Positions 30,524 to 39,819 are shown, counted from the first letter of the stretch. The stretch: 58,651 nucleotides of DNA from a virus (IMGVR_UViG_3300017909_003206:1-58651), one strand, 5' to 3'. The notes: a model not told the origin generated them from the sequence alone. Numbers and translations: made by a program.

Positions 30524-31804
30524 TTATGCCGCCTCTGTATCGTAATGACAAGTAATACCGTGTGGTGCTTCAATTGACTTATCTGAATGAATCAACCAAA
30601 TTGTGTCACAGTAGTTTTCGTCACCCCAGTTGTATGAGTAACCATCTGTGAATACAATAAGTTTTTTAGGTTCAATATTGTTATCTTTCATATATCTCCA
30701 GTTCGCATCAAAGTCAGTACCTCCGCCACCAGCAAGTTCATAGTCTTCAATAGTTTCTCCTGCATCGGGTGTAAAGTCTTGCTCATTGTATACTTCTGTG
30801 TCAAAACACCAAATTTTAATTTTGTAATCATCATACTGATCACAAATACCTTTTACTTCACTTAAAAAGTCCTTTGCTTCTTTGTTACCAATTGAACCAC
30901 TCATGTCAAGTGCAATAGCAATATCTATTGTTTGATCAAAATCCATACCTGGAAGTACTGCACCTGTGTGCCATGCTTTACGTGATGGACGCATAAAAGT
31001 ATAGTTGCTTTTTAGTATAGATTGAATCTGTTGATTTAACAGTTCTCTCCAGTTCATTTTAGGATCAGTTAAGTCTTTAATGATTCTTGCAACGCCTTTT
31101 GGTATGTTACCAACACCTGCCGCCTGTGCCGCCGAAACTACTGCTTCTTTCATTTCGTCACGTATTTTTTTCAGTTCGTCTTTGCTATATGTTGGTTGTC
31201 CACCTTTGCCTTTTTTAGATTTTTTAGTTTTTCCTGCTGGACCTTGTCCTTTACCTTCTTCCCAGTTAATGTGTTCGTCAAGCAATTTACCAAGTTGTTT
31301 CAATTGCTCGTCATCATACTTTCCAAAAATGTCATCATATACTTCTTCTGATGACCAACCATAATATTTTGTATCATGAAATGGCTTTACTTGTGTAATT
31401 ACTTCTCCGATGTTATGTCGAATCAAATCACCATTTACACAATAGTCTGCCGCAATGTTATGAATTTGAGGATCACGTTCACCTCTACGTGTAAAGTGAT
31501 CATAAACACAATGCAATACTTCGTGTCCAAACAAAAACTCAGTTTGTTTTTGATTCAAAACATTTATAAAATTTTCATTGTAAAAAAAGTGTCTGCCATC
31601 TGTGGCCGCAGTTGCACACCAATCTGTAGCATCTTCAAGTTTCAATCTTGTTGCAAGATTACCAAAAAATGGTTGCCTAATTAGTAAGGCAATTCTTGCA
31701 GTTGTAAGTTTTTCTCTAATTTTGTTGCTATCGATTTTAGGGTCTTTCTCATAGATCTTACCCTCCATCATGCTTTGTTCTACTGCGGTTGTATTTTGTG
31801 ACAT
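30524..31804 (-). CDS. Metallopeptidase-like + VWA domain protein (DUF2201-type), MoxR partner
   Basis: 'TAATDG', HExxH ('HEVLH'), MIDAS 'DMSGS', 'GGGGTDF' and 'FTDG'. Confidence 0.88.
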   Translation of the reverse strand: MSQNTTAVEQSMMEGKIYEKDPKIDSNKIREKLTTARIALLIRQPFFGNLATRLKLEDATDWCATAATDGRHFFYNENFINVLNQKQTEFLFGHEVLHCVYDHFTRRGERDPQIHNIAADYCVNGDLIRHNIGEVITQVKPFHDTKYYGWSSEEVYDDIFGKYDDEQLKQLGKLLDEHINWEEGKGQGPAGKTKKSKKGKGGQPTYSKDELKKIRDEMKEAVVSAAQAAGVGNIPKGVARIIKDLTDPKMNWRELLNQQIQSILKSNYTFMRPSRKAWHTGAVLPGMDFDQTIDIAIALDMSGSIGNKEAKDFLSEVKGICDQYDDYKIKIWCFDTEVYNEQDFTPDAGETIEDYELAGGGGTDFDANWRYMKDNNIEPKKLIVFTDGYSYNWGDENYCDTIWLIHSDKSIEAPHGITCHYDTEAA

Positions 31805-31827
31805 GTTTATCTCCTAACTATATTTAA

Positions 31828-31855
31828 AGTATAGCATCAAAAAGGTATTTGTCAA
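31828..31855 (-). promoter_or_regulatory. Sigma70-like promoter for the VWA gene
   Basis: TTGACA-16 nt-TATACT on the - strand. Confidence 0.65.
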
Positions 31856-32431
31856 CTAAAATTGTGCTAAAAATGTGTTCTGCATGTCCAATTTGGACTC
31901 TAAATATGATTTTTTAACTGCTATATCTTGTGGTATATATTGGCCTGGAACAAATACATATTGTATCATATTGGACGGTAATTTTGTTGTTTTTAATCCG
32001 TCTCCAGCACTCGTTATATAAGGTAAAAGATCTGTTTTGGAAATTACTGCAACACTGTCCGTATCGCATATCAAAAGATATTCTGCATAGGATTCTGGAA
32101 GTGTTCTTCCTTCACTAGAACCTCTACTGTTCATTAGTTGTAGATCTGAAACAAATTTTTTCTTTTTCTTTGTTTTACGAGTAAACAAACAAGTATCTGT
32201 AAATTTCATTTCTATTGTAACACCTTCAGGGCCAATATGATCAACACCTTCTTGGTTAACGTATTTTAGATTTTGGTCACTAAACAATTCTAATGAACGT
32301 TCTAATAAATCACTTTTATCAAAACGTAATTTACGTTCATTAAGTTCATTTCCTATTGCCTTAACTAGAGTAACATATTTGTTCCAGTCGACATTGTTTT
32401 GTAACCATACTGCCAAATCAACAGTTTGCAT
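31856..32431 (-). CDS. Putative PD-(D/E)xK (restriction-endonuclease-like) nuclease
   Basis: The spacing of 'LLE...EGVDH......IEMK' fits the E..(P)D..ExK catalytic core. Has an AGGAG RBS and its own promoter. Confidence 0.5.
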   Translation of the reverse strand: MQTVDLAVWLQNNVDWNKYVTLVKAIGNELNERKLRFDKSDLLERSLELFSDQNLKYVNQEGVDHIGPEGVTIEMKFTDTCLFTRKTKKKKKFVSDLQLMNSRGSSEGRTLPESYAEYLLICDTDSVAVISKTDLLPYITSAGDGLKTTKLPSNMIQYVFVPGQYIPQDIAVKKSYLESKLDMQNTFLAQF

Positions 32432-32456
32432 TTTAAACTCCTTTGCAACTGTATAT

Positions 32457-32485
32457 ATTCTAAATTAGTGTTGTCTTGTTGTCAA
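32457..32485 (-). promoter_or_regulatory. Sigma70-like promoter
   Basis: TTGACA-17 nt-TAGAAT on the - strand. Confidence 0.65.
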
Positions 32486-33099
32486 CTGATTTGGAATAAT
32501 TTGTTTATTTTATTTGGTGGAGTTGTAATAGAAGCCATCTCTTCAAAACTTGCACATTCGTAATTCCACCACTTGCGATGTCTTTCAGGATGGTAATCAA
32601 AATTAGGCTTTTCAAACACACCACCTTTATAATGTATAATAATTTCTAATTTGCCATTTACTTCATCTGCAGGTATACAGAAAAAGTAAAATTGTTGGTT
32701 AATTGTGTTGTAACCACAAATCCTTACTAATCCTTCTTTGTGTTTAGTGCCTGGAACTGCAAAACTGTGTGTCCAGCATCCTTTTAACACTTGATTGTTT
32801 CTAAATTGACTAGTTGTAAACTTTGCATCTGATTTATCACTAAAGTCACTACCATAACCTAGTGTAATATCGATATCTTTGTTTACACATCCTATTGCAA
32901 GTTCTAGCAGATCTTCGTATGTAAGATTGCGTAAAAAATCTGTAGGATATGCAACATTCATTTCTGGTTGATGATAATAGATTTTATCAAGTAGGAAATT
33001 TTTAATTATTTCGTTTTGCTCGGCTCTACGAGAGAACCAATCCATTTTAAGACGTGTTTCAAAATCCATATCAATACTAGTTACCGGATTTGCCAACAT
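32482..33099 (-). CDS. Hypothetical protein, possible PD-(D/E)xK nuclease
   Basis: 'LLELAI...GSDFSDKSDAK' fits E..D..DxK. GAGG RBS. Confidence 0.45.
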   Translation of the reverse strand: MLANPVTSIDMDFETRLKMDWFSRRAEQNEIIKNFLLDKIYYHQPEMNVAYPTDFLRNLTYEDLLELAIGCVNKDIDITLGYGSDFSDKSDAKFTTSQFRNNQVLKGCWTHSFAVPGTKHKEGLVRICGYNTINQQFYFFCIPADEVNGKLEIIIHYKGGVFEKPNFDYHPERHRKWWNYECASFEEMASITTPPNKINKLFQIS

Positions 33100-33123
33100 T
33101 GTAAAACCTCGTTTGAAAGTGGG

Positions 33124-33155
33124 AAAAGAAGCGAGGGGATCCTAAGACCCCCTCT
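33124..33155 (-). terminator. Rho-independent terminator after the MoxR ATPase
   Basis: The - strand reads GAGGGGGTC-TTAG-GATCCCCTC followed by GCTTCTTTT. Confidence 0.7.
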
Positions 33156-33163
33156 ATAGTTAG

Positions 33164-34255
33164 TTAGGATGCCATAGCGGCTTGAACATACTTGCCGTAC
33201 TTACTGTGAAAACGGTCAAAGTTTTTCAAGTCTTTAGGCGAAAATGGCAGTTTATAAGTAGCGATAGCAACTCGCGTACCCATTACAACTAGTTCAGTTT
33301 CAAAATTATCCATCATAAAACCAAAAAAGTTATCAGCCATCTTGTTCCAACCCTTCTCCTTGCGTTTGAACGCCTCTTGAAGTTCGTAACACATACTAAC
33401 AGTCAAAGAGTACATAGCGGAAATATCTTTAGTTTCCATGCTAGTAACTTTGCCAGCAAGTATGTCAGTTGGATTAGGCAGTTGTGATGCAACCTTTCGG
33501 TGTGCGGAAAACTTAACTGCCAAGCCTTCGCCGACGGAACCAGCAACCAAATCAGTTAATGTTGATTCAGCAAGGTTATCGTCGAGAAGTTCGCTCACAA
33601 ACGACCAACTACGTGGCGTTGCGAATGCTCTTGAACTTGACTTAGGATCAAAATCATAAAGATCTTGTTTTGCAAAAGTCAAGTAACCCACTACATCTGG
33701 GTGTACTTTATTTTCAGTTGCCCAAAGCAACCAATCTTCAAAATCTACTCTCAACTCCAAGTGCAAAAACCTGTTTGCCAAAGGTGCTGGCATTCTGTAT
33801 GTAACACCTTTATCAGTTTCCCTATTACCCGCCGCTACAATAACAACGTTATCAGGAAGTTTATATGTACCTACCTTACGGTTAAGCACGAGTTGATATG
33901 CCGCCGCCTGTACTGCTGGTGCGGCCGAATTCATTTCATCTAAAAACAATACAATAGTATCATATTGTTTTGCAAACTCTTCATCAGGAAGTTCTGAAGG
34001 AGGTGCCCATTTCATAGTGTTATCATTTGCACTATAATAAGGCATACCTTTTACATCAGTAGGTTCCCACAATGACAGACGCACATCAATTAAAAATGCG
34101 TTCTTCATTGAATTTGTGATTTGTCCCATAATGTCGGACTTTCCAATGCCTGGAGGTCCCCACATAAAGATAGGACGTTTTTTGTTCATTGCGTGTTGAA
34201 CAGCCGCCTTTGCTTCATTTGGTGTAACTGTTCTTGCTTCAGTTTGTTGTGCCAT
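33164..34255 (-). CDS. MoxR-type AAA+ ATPase
   Basis: Walker A 'GPPGIGKS', Walker B 'LFLDE', sensor 'AAGN', Arg finger 'LANRF' and 'TPRSW'. Confidence 0.92.
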   Translation of the reverse strand: MAQQTEARTVTPNEAKAAVQHAMNKKRPIFMWGPPGIGKSDIMGQITNSMKNAFLIDVRLSLWEPTDVKGMPYYSANDNTMKWAPPSELPDEEFAKQYDTIVLFLDEMNSAAPAVQAAAYQLVLNRKVGTYKLPDNVVIVAAGNRETDKGVTYRMPAPLANRFLHLELRVDFEDWLLWATENKVHPDVVGYLTFAKQDLYDFDPKSSSRAFATPRSWSFVSELLDDNLAESTLTDLVAGSVGEGLAVKFSAHRKVASQLPNPTDILAGKVTSMETKDISAMYSLTVSMCYELQEAFKRKEKGWNKMADNFFGFMMDNFETELVVMGTRVAIATYKLPFSPKDLKNFDRFHSKYGKYVQAAMAS

Positions 34256-34288
34256 TTGCTATGCTCCTTTGTTTCTAACTATACATAT

Positions 34289-34316
34289 ATAATAACACAG
34301 ACAAAGGATTTGTCAA
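34289..34316 (-). promoter_or_regulatory. Sigma70-like (early) promoter for the MoxR ATPase
   Basis: TTGACA-16 nt-TATTAT, with a TG just upstream of the -10 and an AAAGGAG RBS downstream. Confidence 0.65.
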
Positions 34317-34364
34317 GCGGAAAAACCGCTTTTTTTACAAAAAACTGTCCAAAATGAAACTTTT

Positions 34365-34817
34365 TTACGTTAGTTCAAAATGGGGGGCGTCGATAAAGGG
34401 TCTTCTGCCTTGTGAACGTCTAAGATCTATGTATGAGTTCATAGCATCTTCCATAGTACCGTCCCATTCTCGCATATCATTTATATGCCAGGCCGCTCCC
34501 CAACGAACAGAAACTCCATGTTCTTTTGCCGCAATTTTCATAGCATCTGCTATTTCATCATAAACATTTAGTTCCCAAGAACCTCTACCGCCTATATATG
34601 CCATTAAGTCAACTGCTAAACCATCTAAATGTTTAGATTTCATAGTTTGTGACGCACCTTTGGCTACAAGTTCTTTTTGTTCTTCGACTGTTCGCAAACC
34701 TTGTATAACTCCAAAGTCTACTTTTGTATGTTTGATAGCAGTTTCTACTACCTTAATTAATTTAGGGTCAACTCCTTCAAGTTTCCCTAAACTTCTACTA
34801 CTCAATTTATATGCCAT
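34365..34817 (-). CDS. Peptidase M15 family endolysin (L-Ala-D-Glu peptidase-like)
   Basis: 'GLRT.EEQ', 'SKHLDG.AVD', 'WG..W' and 'D.PHFEL'. Confidence 0.9.
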   Translation of the reverse strand: MAYKLSSRSLGKLEGVDPKLIKVVETAIKHTKVDFGVIQGLRTVEEQKELVAKGASQTMKSKHLDGLAVDLMAYIGGRGSWELNVYDEIADAMKIAAKEHGVSVRWGAAWHINDMREWDGTMEDAMNSYIDLRRSQGRRPFIDAPHFELT

Positions 34818-34819
34818 TT

Positions 34820-35209
34820 TTAATCCTCCAAATCTTTGGCCATAGCACGGGCAAGGCCGTACTGTTTTATGTCACCGGCAAACATCATTAATTGTAAACC
34901 CATTTTTTCAGAGAATACATAAATGCGTTTTTTCGTAACATAATAAGGACAATCTATAAAATTGTCCAAATAAAGAAATACTTGTGGTGTAAATTTAATT
35001 TCGTTAGGAAATTTTATTTCATATGTTTGTAAATCTGCACTGTCAGTGGCATATACAAAACCATCTTTTGTAAGTCTTAATCCACTATCTCCTTTTGCTC
35101 TAGTGTTTTGCCACCATAGCATATAGTTTTTCTTAATAGACTCATTTGATAGGTCTGTTTCACTAGCACCTATCATAAATGTTTTTGTGTATGCTTCTTT
35201 TACATCCAT
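34820..35209 (-). CDS. Hypothetical phage protein
   Basis: Operon packing; 'W.N.R.....GLRLT..G' core. Confidence 0.7.
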   Translation of the reverse strand: MDVKEAYTKTFMIGASETDLSNESIKKNYMLWWQNTRAKGDSGLRLTKDGFVYATDSADLQTYEIKFPNEIKFTPQVFLYLDNFIDCPYYVTKKRIYVFSEKMGLQLMMFAGDIKQYGLARAMAKDLED

Positions 35210-35491
35210 TTACAGTTTTTCGCCTTTAGTTAACTTATATACTTCAAAATCTTCGCATTTAAAAGTTGTGTTTAACTTTCTTGCAAGATTATGAGCATGT
35301 CCAGGGTTTGAAAAGGAAACTTTCTTATACTTAGGACCCGGTGTTGGCGAAATACTATTTGAACTTTTTAGATTAAATGGCTTTCCTTGATAAAATACCG
35401 CCCAGATGGCTTCCGCATCTAAGACTTCTTCTTTACGATATGTGTTCTTATCAGTAAATTCTAATAAGATATTAGGTTTTGGTCTACTCAT
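35210..35491 (-). CDS. Hypothetical phage protein
   Basis: AAGGA RBS and upstream TAAATA; 'KYKK.SF.NPGHA.NLA.KLN'. Confidence 0.7.
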   Translation of the reverse strand: MSRPKPNILLEFTDKNTYRKEEVLDAEAIWAVFYQGKPFNLKSSNSISPTPGPKYKKVSFSNPGHAHNLARKLNTTFKCEDFEVYKLTKGEKL

Positions 35492-35508
35492 GTACGTAAT
35501 TCCTTTAG

Positions 35509-35528
35509 TTAACTACGTACTTATTTAT
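35509..35528 (-). promoter_or_regulatory. Late-promoter-like TAAATA fused to an AAGTACGTAGTTAA motif
   Basis: The - strand reads ATAAATAAGTACGTAGTTAA, a near-copy of 352-371 on the + strand. Confidence 0.5.
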
Positions 35529-35534
35529 CTGAAT

Positions 35535-35762
35535 TTAGAAGTTTCCGCCGTCCATTTGCACGTCTACATTTACATCTTGTGGCTGTTGTAAACGTTTATC
35601 TTGCAATTCTACTAGTCTAGCCATTAAAATACTAATACTATCTGCAAGATCTTTATATTGCTTAGAATCTAGTTTTATTTCACGTTGTTGAGTTTTAGTT
35701 GCAACTTTAACTGCTTGTAAAAAGTTTTCAACTGGTATTGTGTTAACTGGACTTCGAGACAT
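35535..35762 (-). CDS. Hypothetical protein
   Basis: Overlaps the end of the upstream gene; C-terminal 'V.MDGG.F'. Confidence 0.6.
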   Translation of the reverse strand: MSRSPVNTIPVENFLQAVKVATKTQQREIKLDSKQYKDLADSISILMARLVELQDKRLQQPQDVNVDVQMDGGNF

Positions 35763-36213
35763 TTGCTAATACCTGACGCATTTCTAGTTCTGTTGTAAAA
35801 GGACCTTGATACTCATATCTTTGTAGAGTAATTAGTTTAGGACAAAACGATTTGACCCATCCTTTTGCAAATTTAATTGTGTAATATCCTGCACAATATA
35901 AACTTTTTGATTTTTTACTTTTACTGTATAGTGGCAAGTTATTCTGTACATCTAACAGTGGATTGTAAGCAGGAGTACTTGTAGGATATCCATTCACTTC
36001 TAATACTTTAGAATCTTTTGTTTTCTTTTGTACTGCTTGTTCAAAAAAGTCTTTGCCAAATGTTTCATAAACTTTGTCTACAGACTCAAATATAATTTTG
36101 TCTTTTGGTGTAATCAATACAAAACTATTTTTATCTTTTGCTAGTGTACCAACTTTTCTTCCGTGATCTTGTACTATCCAAAATTTATTAGGCACTAATT
36201 GTTTGGCTTGCAT
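35743..36213 (-). CDS. Hypothetical phage protein
   Basis: Probable start is the ATG at 36213 after GGAGG; 'SKS.YCAGYY.I....GW..SFCPKL.TL..Y...GPF'. Confidence 0.7.
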   Translation of the reverse strand: MQAKQLVPNKFWIVQDHGRKVGTLAKDKNSFVLITPKDKIIFESVDKVYETFGKDFFEQAVQKKTKDSKVLEVNGYPTSTPAYNPLLDVQNNLPLYSKSKKSKSLYCAGYYTIKFAKGWVKSFCPKLITLQRYEYQGPFTTELEMRQVLANVSKSS

Positions 36214-37201
36214 CTTTACCTCCGTATTTTGCATTTAAAGGCTCTGCAAATGACTGAGCCTGTTCTGTTATTTTGTTTAAATCGTAACTACTCGCAAATT
36301 TAACTAAACGAACACCTACTTGTGAAATGTTTTTTTGTGCATTAATCCCTTCAGCAATAGTTTGCCCTATAAGTTCTTTTACTTCAGGAGGTTGTGCAGT
36401 TAAATCACATAGTGTTACATTTCTAGTATAATCATCAAGCACTCTGTGTTCATCACCGTTGTGATCTACCCAACGTTGTAGCATCAAGTTATTCCAAGCA
36501 TAACCTTTAGTTGTTCTGTCGTCAAATGCTTCTTGTAAACCTACTTTGTTTTTTGTGCCTTTTACTCTTACTCCGGGATAGGCACTAAACACGTTATCAC
36601 TTGTATCACCTCTCATACATTTTTCAAACAATAACCATTCAGGAATAGGAGCAGGTTTTTCTTGTTTTGTTTTCTTATCAATTACACTTTTGCCTTTTTC
36701 ATCAAAGTAACCTTCGTGTGTAACAGTAACTTTTTGAACTCCGTTATATTGTTTTACATTAGGTGCAATAAGTTGTGCAAAGTCTCCATCAGTACTAATA
36801 ATTACATGATTATCTTTAGGGTGTGCTTGTATCCAACCTGCAATAAGGTCATCTGCCTCTAATTTAGGATTTTGTATTACTGTACAATTAGTTTTTGTTT
36901 TTAGAAAGTTTGTAAATTCATCAAATGTTTCCCAAAAAACTTTTTCTTCTTCTTGTTGACTTACAGTAAGTGCATCTCTACTTTCTTGTCTATTACGTTT
37001 GTATGGCTCATAATAATCCTTACGCCAACTACGTCCTTCTAAACAAAAGACAACATGACTACCGTCAAAGTCCTTCCATGCTTTTCTAATACTTTGAAAA
37101 GTAGTATGTAACGCCATGCCAATCTTAATATCAGCATCACCTCTAACGGCATGTCTTGCTCTAAAAAAAGTATTTGCAGTGTCAACAAGTATATATGTCA
37201 T
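36188..37201 (-). CDS. rnh: T4-type RNase H / 5'-3' exonuclease (FEN family)
   Basis: 'ILVD..N', 'SWRK', 'EADD.I', 'STDGDF.QL' and 'GD.SDNV'. The start ATG at 37201 overlaps the upstream TGA. Confidence 0.9.
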   Translation of the reverse strand: MTYILVDTANTFFRARHAVRGDADIKIGMALHTTFQSIRKAWKDFDGSHVVFCLEGRSWRKDYYEPYKRNRQESRDALTVSQQEEEKVFWETFDEFTNFLKTKTNCTVIQNPKLEADDLIAGWIQAHPKDNHVIISTDGDFAQLIAPNVKQYNGVQKVTVTHEGYFDEKGKSVIDKKTKQEKPAPIPEWLLFEKCMRGDTSDNVFSAYPGVRVKGTKNKVGLQEAFDDRTTKGYAWNNLMLQRWVDHNGDEHRVLDDYTRNVTLCDLTAQPPEVKELIGQTIAEGINAQKNISQVGVRLVKFASSYDLNKITEQAQSFAEPLNAKYGGKDASQTISA

Positions 37202-37368
37202 CGTCCTAACCATCTCCTTGCGGCATCGATTGGATTCTTTAATCCGTCGTATGTCCGATCTATAAAGTCTATATGTTTTTCTAGTTTAGCACTTAATTGA
37301 TCAACTGTCAACTGTAATTTGTCTATTTTTTCTTCAATCCGTTTAAGTTCTTCTTTGGTTGTTGCCAT
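37198..37368 (-). CDS. Small coiled-coil protein, 56 aa (not in the ORF track): MATTKEELKRIEEKIDKLQLTVDQLSAKLEKHIDFIDRTYDGLKNPIDAARRWLGR
   Basis: Translated by hand. GAGGA RBS, ATGA overlap with rnh, heptad pattern. Confidence 0.7.
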   Translation of the reverse strand: MATTKEELKRIEEKIDKLQLTVDQLSAKLEKHIDFIDRTYDGLKNPIDAARRWLGR

Positions 37369-37376
37369 TTTATCCT

Positions 37377-37994
37377 CTACGTAACATTAAAACTAATTGC
37401 TATTCTATCTCTATCTACTATTTGTTGTCCAACACTATGTTCCAAATAACCAGGAAAAATATGTAACAGTCCTGTTTTTGGTTTTAAAATTACTTCTGTA
37501 TTACTAAAATCATTGTATTCTTTTATAACGTGACTTGCCCACTGATTATTGAATCTAGGAGGACTTAGAAACTTTAAATGTGCATCATCTTCTTGTGCTT
37601 GTACATAATATACACCACTCCAAATTGCCGGAGTATGTGCATGTACTTCGTGAAAACTATATTTCCTATTAATTGCAAACCATAAATTTTTTATAGTAAA
37701 ATTATATTCACCATCAAAACCCATAAATTCATTTAATCCTTTTATACTTTCACTGAGAAAATTTATAAAAGGTTTCATTTCATCATATGCAATTAAAGAT
37801 TTTTCCAACTGTAAATTATAACTAGTATAATAGTTAGAACTAATATCAATTTCATTTTTGTTCGGCATTGGAAAATCTTTTTCAATATTATAAAAAAGAT
37901 CTTTCATAGTTTGATTGTGTTTTTCACAATCATTCCATTCTTTTCTAGCAACTACATTTGGAAATAATCCAAGAATTTCGCCTTGGTTTGCCAT
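37377..37994 (-). CDS. 2OG-Fe(II) oxygenase-like protein (TIGR02466-like)
   Basis: 'W..IN.....H..H.H....WSGVYYV', 'G.L.IFP.YL.H.V' and 'RIAISFN'. Confidence 0.85.
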   Translation of the reverse strand: MANQGEILGLFPNVVARKEWNDCEKHNQTMKDLFYNIEKDFPMPNKNEIDISSNYYTSYNLQLEKSLIAYDEMKPFINFLSESIKGLNEFMGFDGEYNFTIKNLWFAINRKYSFHEVHAHTPAIWSGVYYVQAQEDDAHLKFLSPPRFNNQWASHVIKEYNDFSNTEVILKPKTGLLHIFPGYLEHSVGQQIVDRDRIAISFNVT

Positions 37995-38368
37995 TAACTT
38001 ACCTCAGACTTATTATCTCCAAGTGGTTTTACATTTACGTATCCTGCTCCCATTGGAACATTGTCACTAGCAACACCTTCTTCTTTTGCAATATTGCCAC
38101 AAAGTTCTTTAAACCATGCATCAACTATTTCTTCTTCTGTAGCACCATTATAACCATTCAGTCTTAAATCACGTACAAAGTATTCATTCCAATCTAATTC
38201 AAAAAAACCATTTTTTGGATTATCTTTTTTCATTTGTACATCTAAAACTGCTATATAAGGCTGTTTATTTTTAGTTGCTTGTGCTTTTGCATCATTTCCT
38301 TTTTCTTTTGATACACTTGCAGGCACATGATCTTTTTTGCTAAACATATTTTTAAGTTTATCTAACAT
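37994..38368 (-). CDS. Hypothetical phage protein
   Basis: Probable start is the ATG at 38368 after AGGAGGAG; 'GFFELDWN..F...L...GY.G..EE.IVD.WF'. Confidence 0.7.
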   Translation of the reverse strand: MLDKLKNMFSKKDHVPASVSKEKGNDAKAQATKNKQPYIAVLDVQMKKDNPKNGFFELDWNEYFVRDLRLNGYNGATEEEIVDAWFKELCGNIAKEEGVASDNVPMGAGYVNVKPLGDNKSEVS

Positions 38369-38382
38369 CTCTCCTCCTTTCA

Positions 38383-38592
38383 TTACTTTACACTCCTTTT
38401 GTTTGATTCCATATTATTTACAAACACTCTTACTAGTCTTGATACATCTACTTCTTCTCTTTTCAGTGTTTTTGGATTAGTAAAGATTACTTTACTTTTA
38501 TTTGCCTCTAATTGAATACCTATATTAGATGCAACTACGATTGCATCATCTGTATTCTTTCGCCAATCGTGTGAACTATATTCAGTCATCAC
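38383..38592 (-). CDS. Hypothetical protein
   Basis: Operon packing with overlap to the upstream gene. Confidence 0.6.
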   Translation of the reverse strand: MMTEYSSHDWRKNTDDAIVVASNIGIQLEANKSKVIFTNPKTLKREEVDVSRLVRVFVNNMESNKRSVK

Positions 38593-38903
38593 ATGTATCT
38601 CCTTATCCTTGCTAGTTTATCTTCGGGTGTGTCACTGTTTTTGCCATCCATATCTTCATACTTGATATTACTTTCAGGAGCAATAGTTTCAGTCTCAACA
38701 CCTTTACTTTTCTTATTAAGTTTATCCTTTAATAATACAAATAAGTCTAATATAGAATAAATTAAAAAGAAAGTAACAGTTAACACTAACAAAATAAATG
38801 TAAGAAGCAATTTAGAAATAGTAGAAAACAGATTAGACTTGCTTAATGCAAGTGCTTTATCTTCTGCTTCAAACCAAATAGTTGTTAATTTATCCTTAAT
38901 CAT
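38589..38903 (-). CDS. Predicted single-pass membrane protein
   Basis: Hydrophobic run LLLTFILLVLTVTFFLIYSIL; ATGA overlap with queE. Confidence 0.6.
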   Translation of the reverse strand: MIKDKLTTIWFEAEDKALALSKSNLFSTISKLLLTFILLVLTVTFFLIYSILDLFVLLKDKLNKKSKGVETETIAPESNIKYEDMDGKNSDTPEDKLARIRRYM

Positions 38904-39814
38904 GTTCCTATGGCATTGCCGAACAAGTACACATGTACTCTTGCCGCCACATTATAACCTCTTTTAAATGCCTTTTCTGCCACTTTACCTGCACTAGCAG
39001 TTTGTTCTTCTTCTCTTGCACCTGTAGGCATAATCCATACTGGCCAATCAACACCTGCATCTCTAAACTTTGCAACTGCTTCTTCCATTTCATTCCATTC
39101 TCTATCTTTATGACCTACAACAAATTTAAGTTGTCCTTTACTACTTACTTTTGAGTATTCTGCAACAATCTCAGGTTTAATTGCCTTTTCAGGTTTTTCT
39201 CCACTTACTGTAAATAGTTTAGGACTACAACTAAAAAATATTTCTGTATCTACATTTGAACCCCATTCAATAAATTCAGGCCTTAACTTTTGTGTGCCAT
39301 TAGTTTCAAATGTCATACTACCGGGCAAGTTATCTTGTCTTTTTAGTTCATTGTATATCCCTACCACTGCTTGTTGTCCTGTAATCATTAAAGGCTCACC
39401 GCCTGTAAAACAAAGATGCTGATGAAACTTACTTACAGGATGTAAAAATTTTCCTTCAGGATTGCTGTCATTTTTAATACAATCTATAATTTTATTTGCA
39501 AGTGTGCTAGGAGTTTCATGACCCATTAATTTTTTGAATTTCTTTGCCCAAGTGTAACTTGAATCACAACCTTTTTCCCATACAGGCAAGTCTTCAACTC
39601 TTTTTACACTGTCAACATCAAAATCTTCAAATGGCAATTCATATGTATCTGGGTTGGTTGGGTCTAGTTGTCCAAAACCATTACACTGTAAATTGCATAA
39701 AAAGAATCTAATCCAGGCTGTAGGAGCACCTGTATAATGCCCTTCACCTTGAATACTATAGAATATTTCTGAGTAGTAATACTTTTTTTCATCCATCTGT
39801 TTAGCCTTTATCAT
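38900..39814 (-). CDS. queE: 7-carboxy-7-deazaguanine synthase (radical SAM), atypical Cx3Cx38C motif
   Basis: 'SEIFYSIQGEG...G.P...IR...CNLQC', 'CDS.Y', 'TGGEPL', 'ETNGT', 'SPKL' and 'R.H'. Confidence 0.88.
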   Translation of the reverse strand: MIKAKQMDEKKYYYSEIFYSIQGEGHYTGAPTAWIRFFLCNLQCNGFGQLDPTNPDTYELPFEDFDVDSVKRVEDLPVWEKGCDSSYTWAKKFKKLMGHETPSTLANKIIDCIKNDSNPEGKFLHPVSKFHQHLCFTGGEPLMITGQQAVVGIYNELKRQDNLPGSMTFETNGTQKLRPEFIEWGSNVDTEIFFSCSPKLFTVSGEKPEKAIKPEIVAEYSKVSSKGQLKFVVGHKDREWNEMEEAVAKFRDAGVDWPVWIMPTGAREEEQTASAGKVAEKAFKRGYNVAARVHVYLFGNAIGT

Positions 39815-39819
39815 AATAT

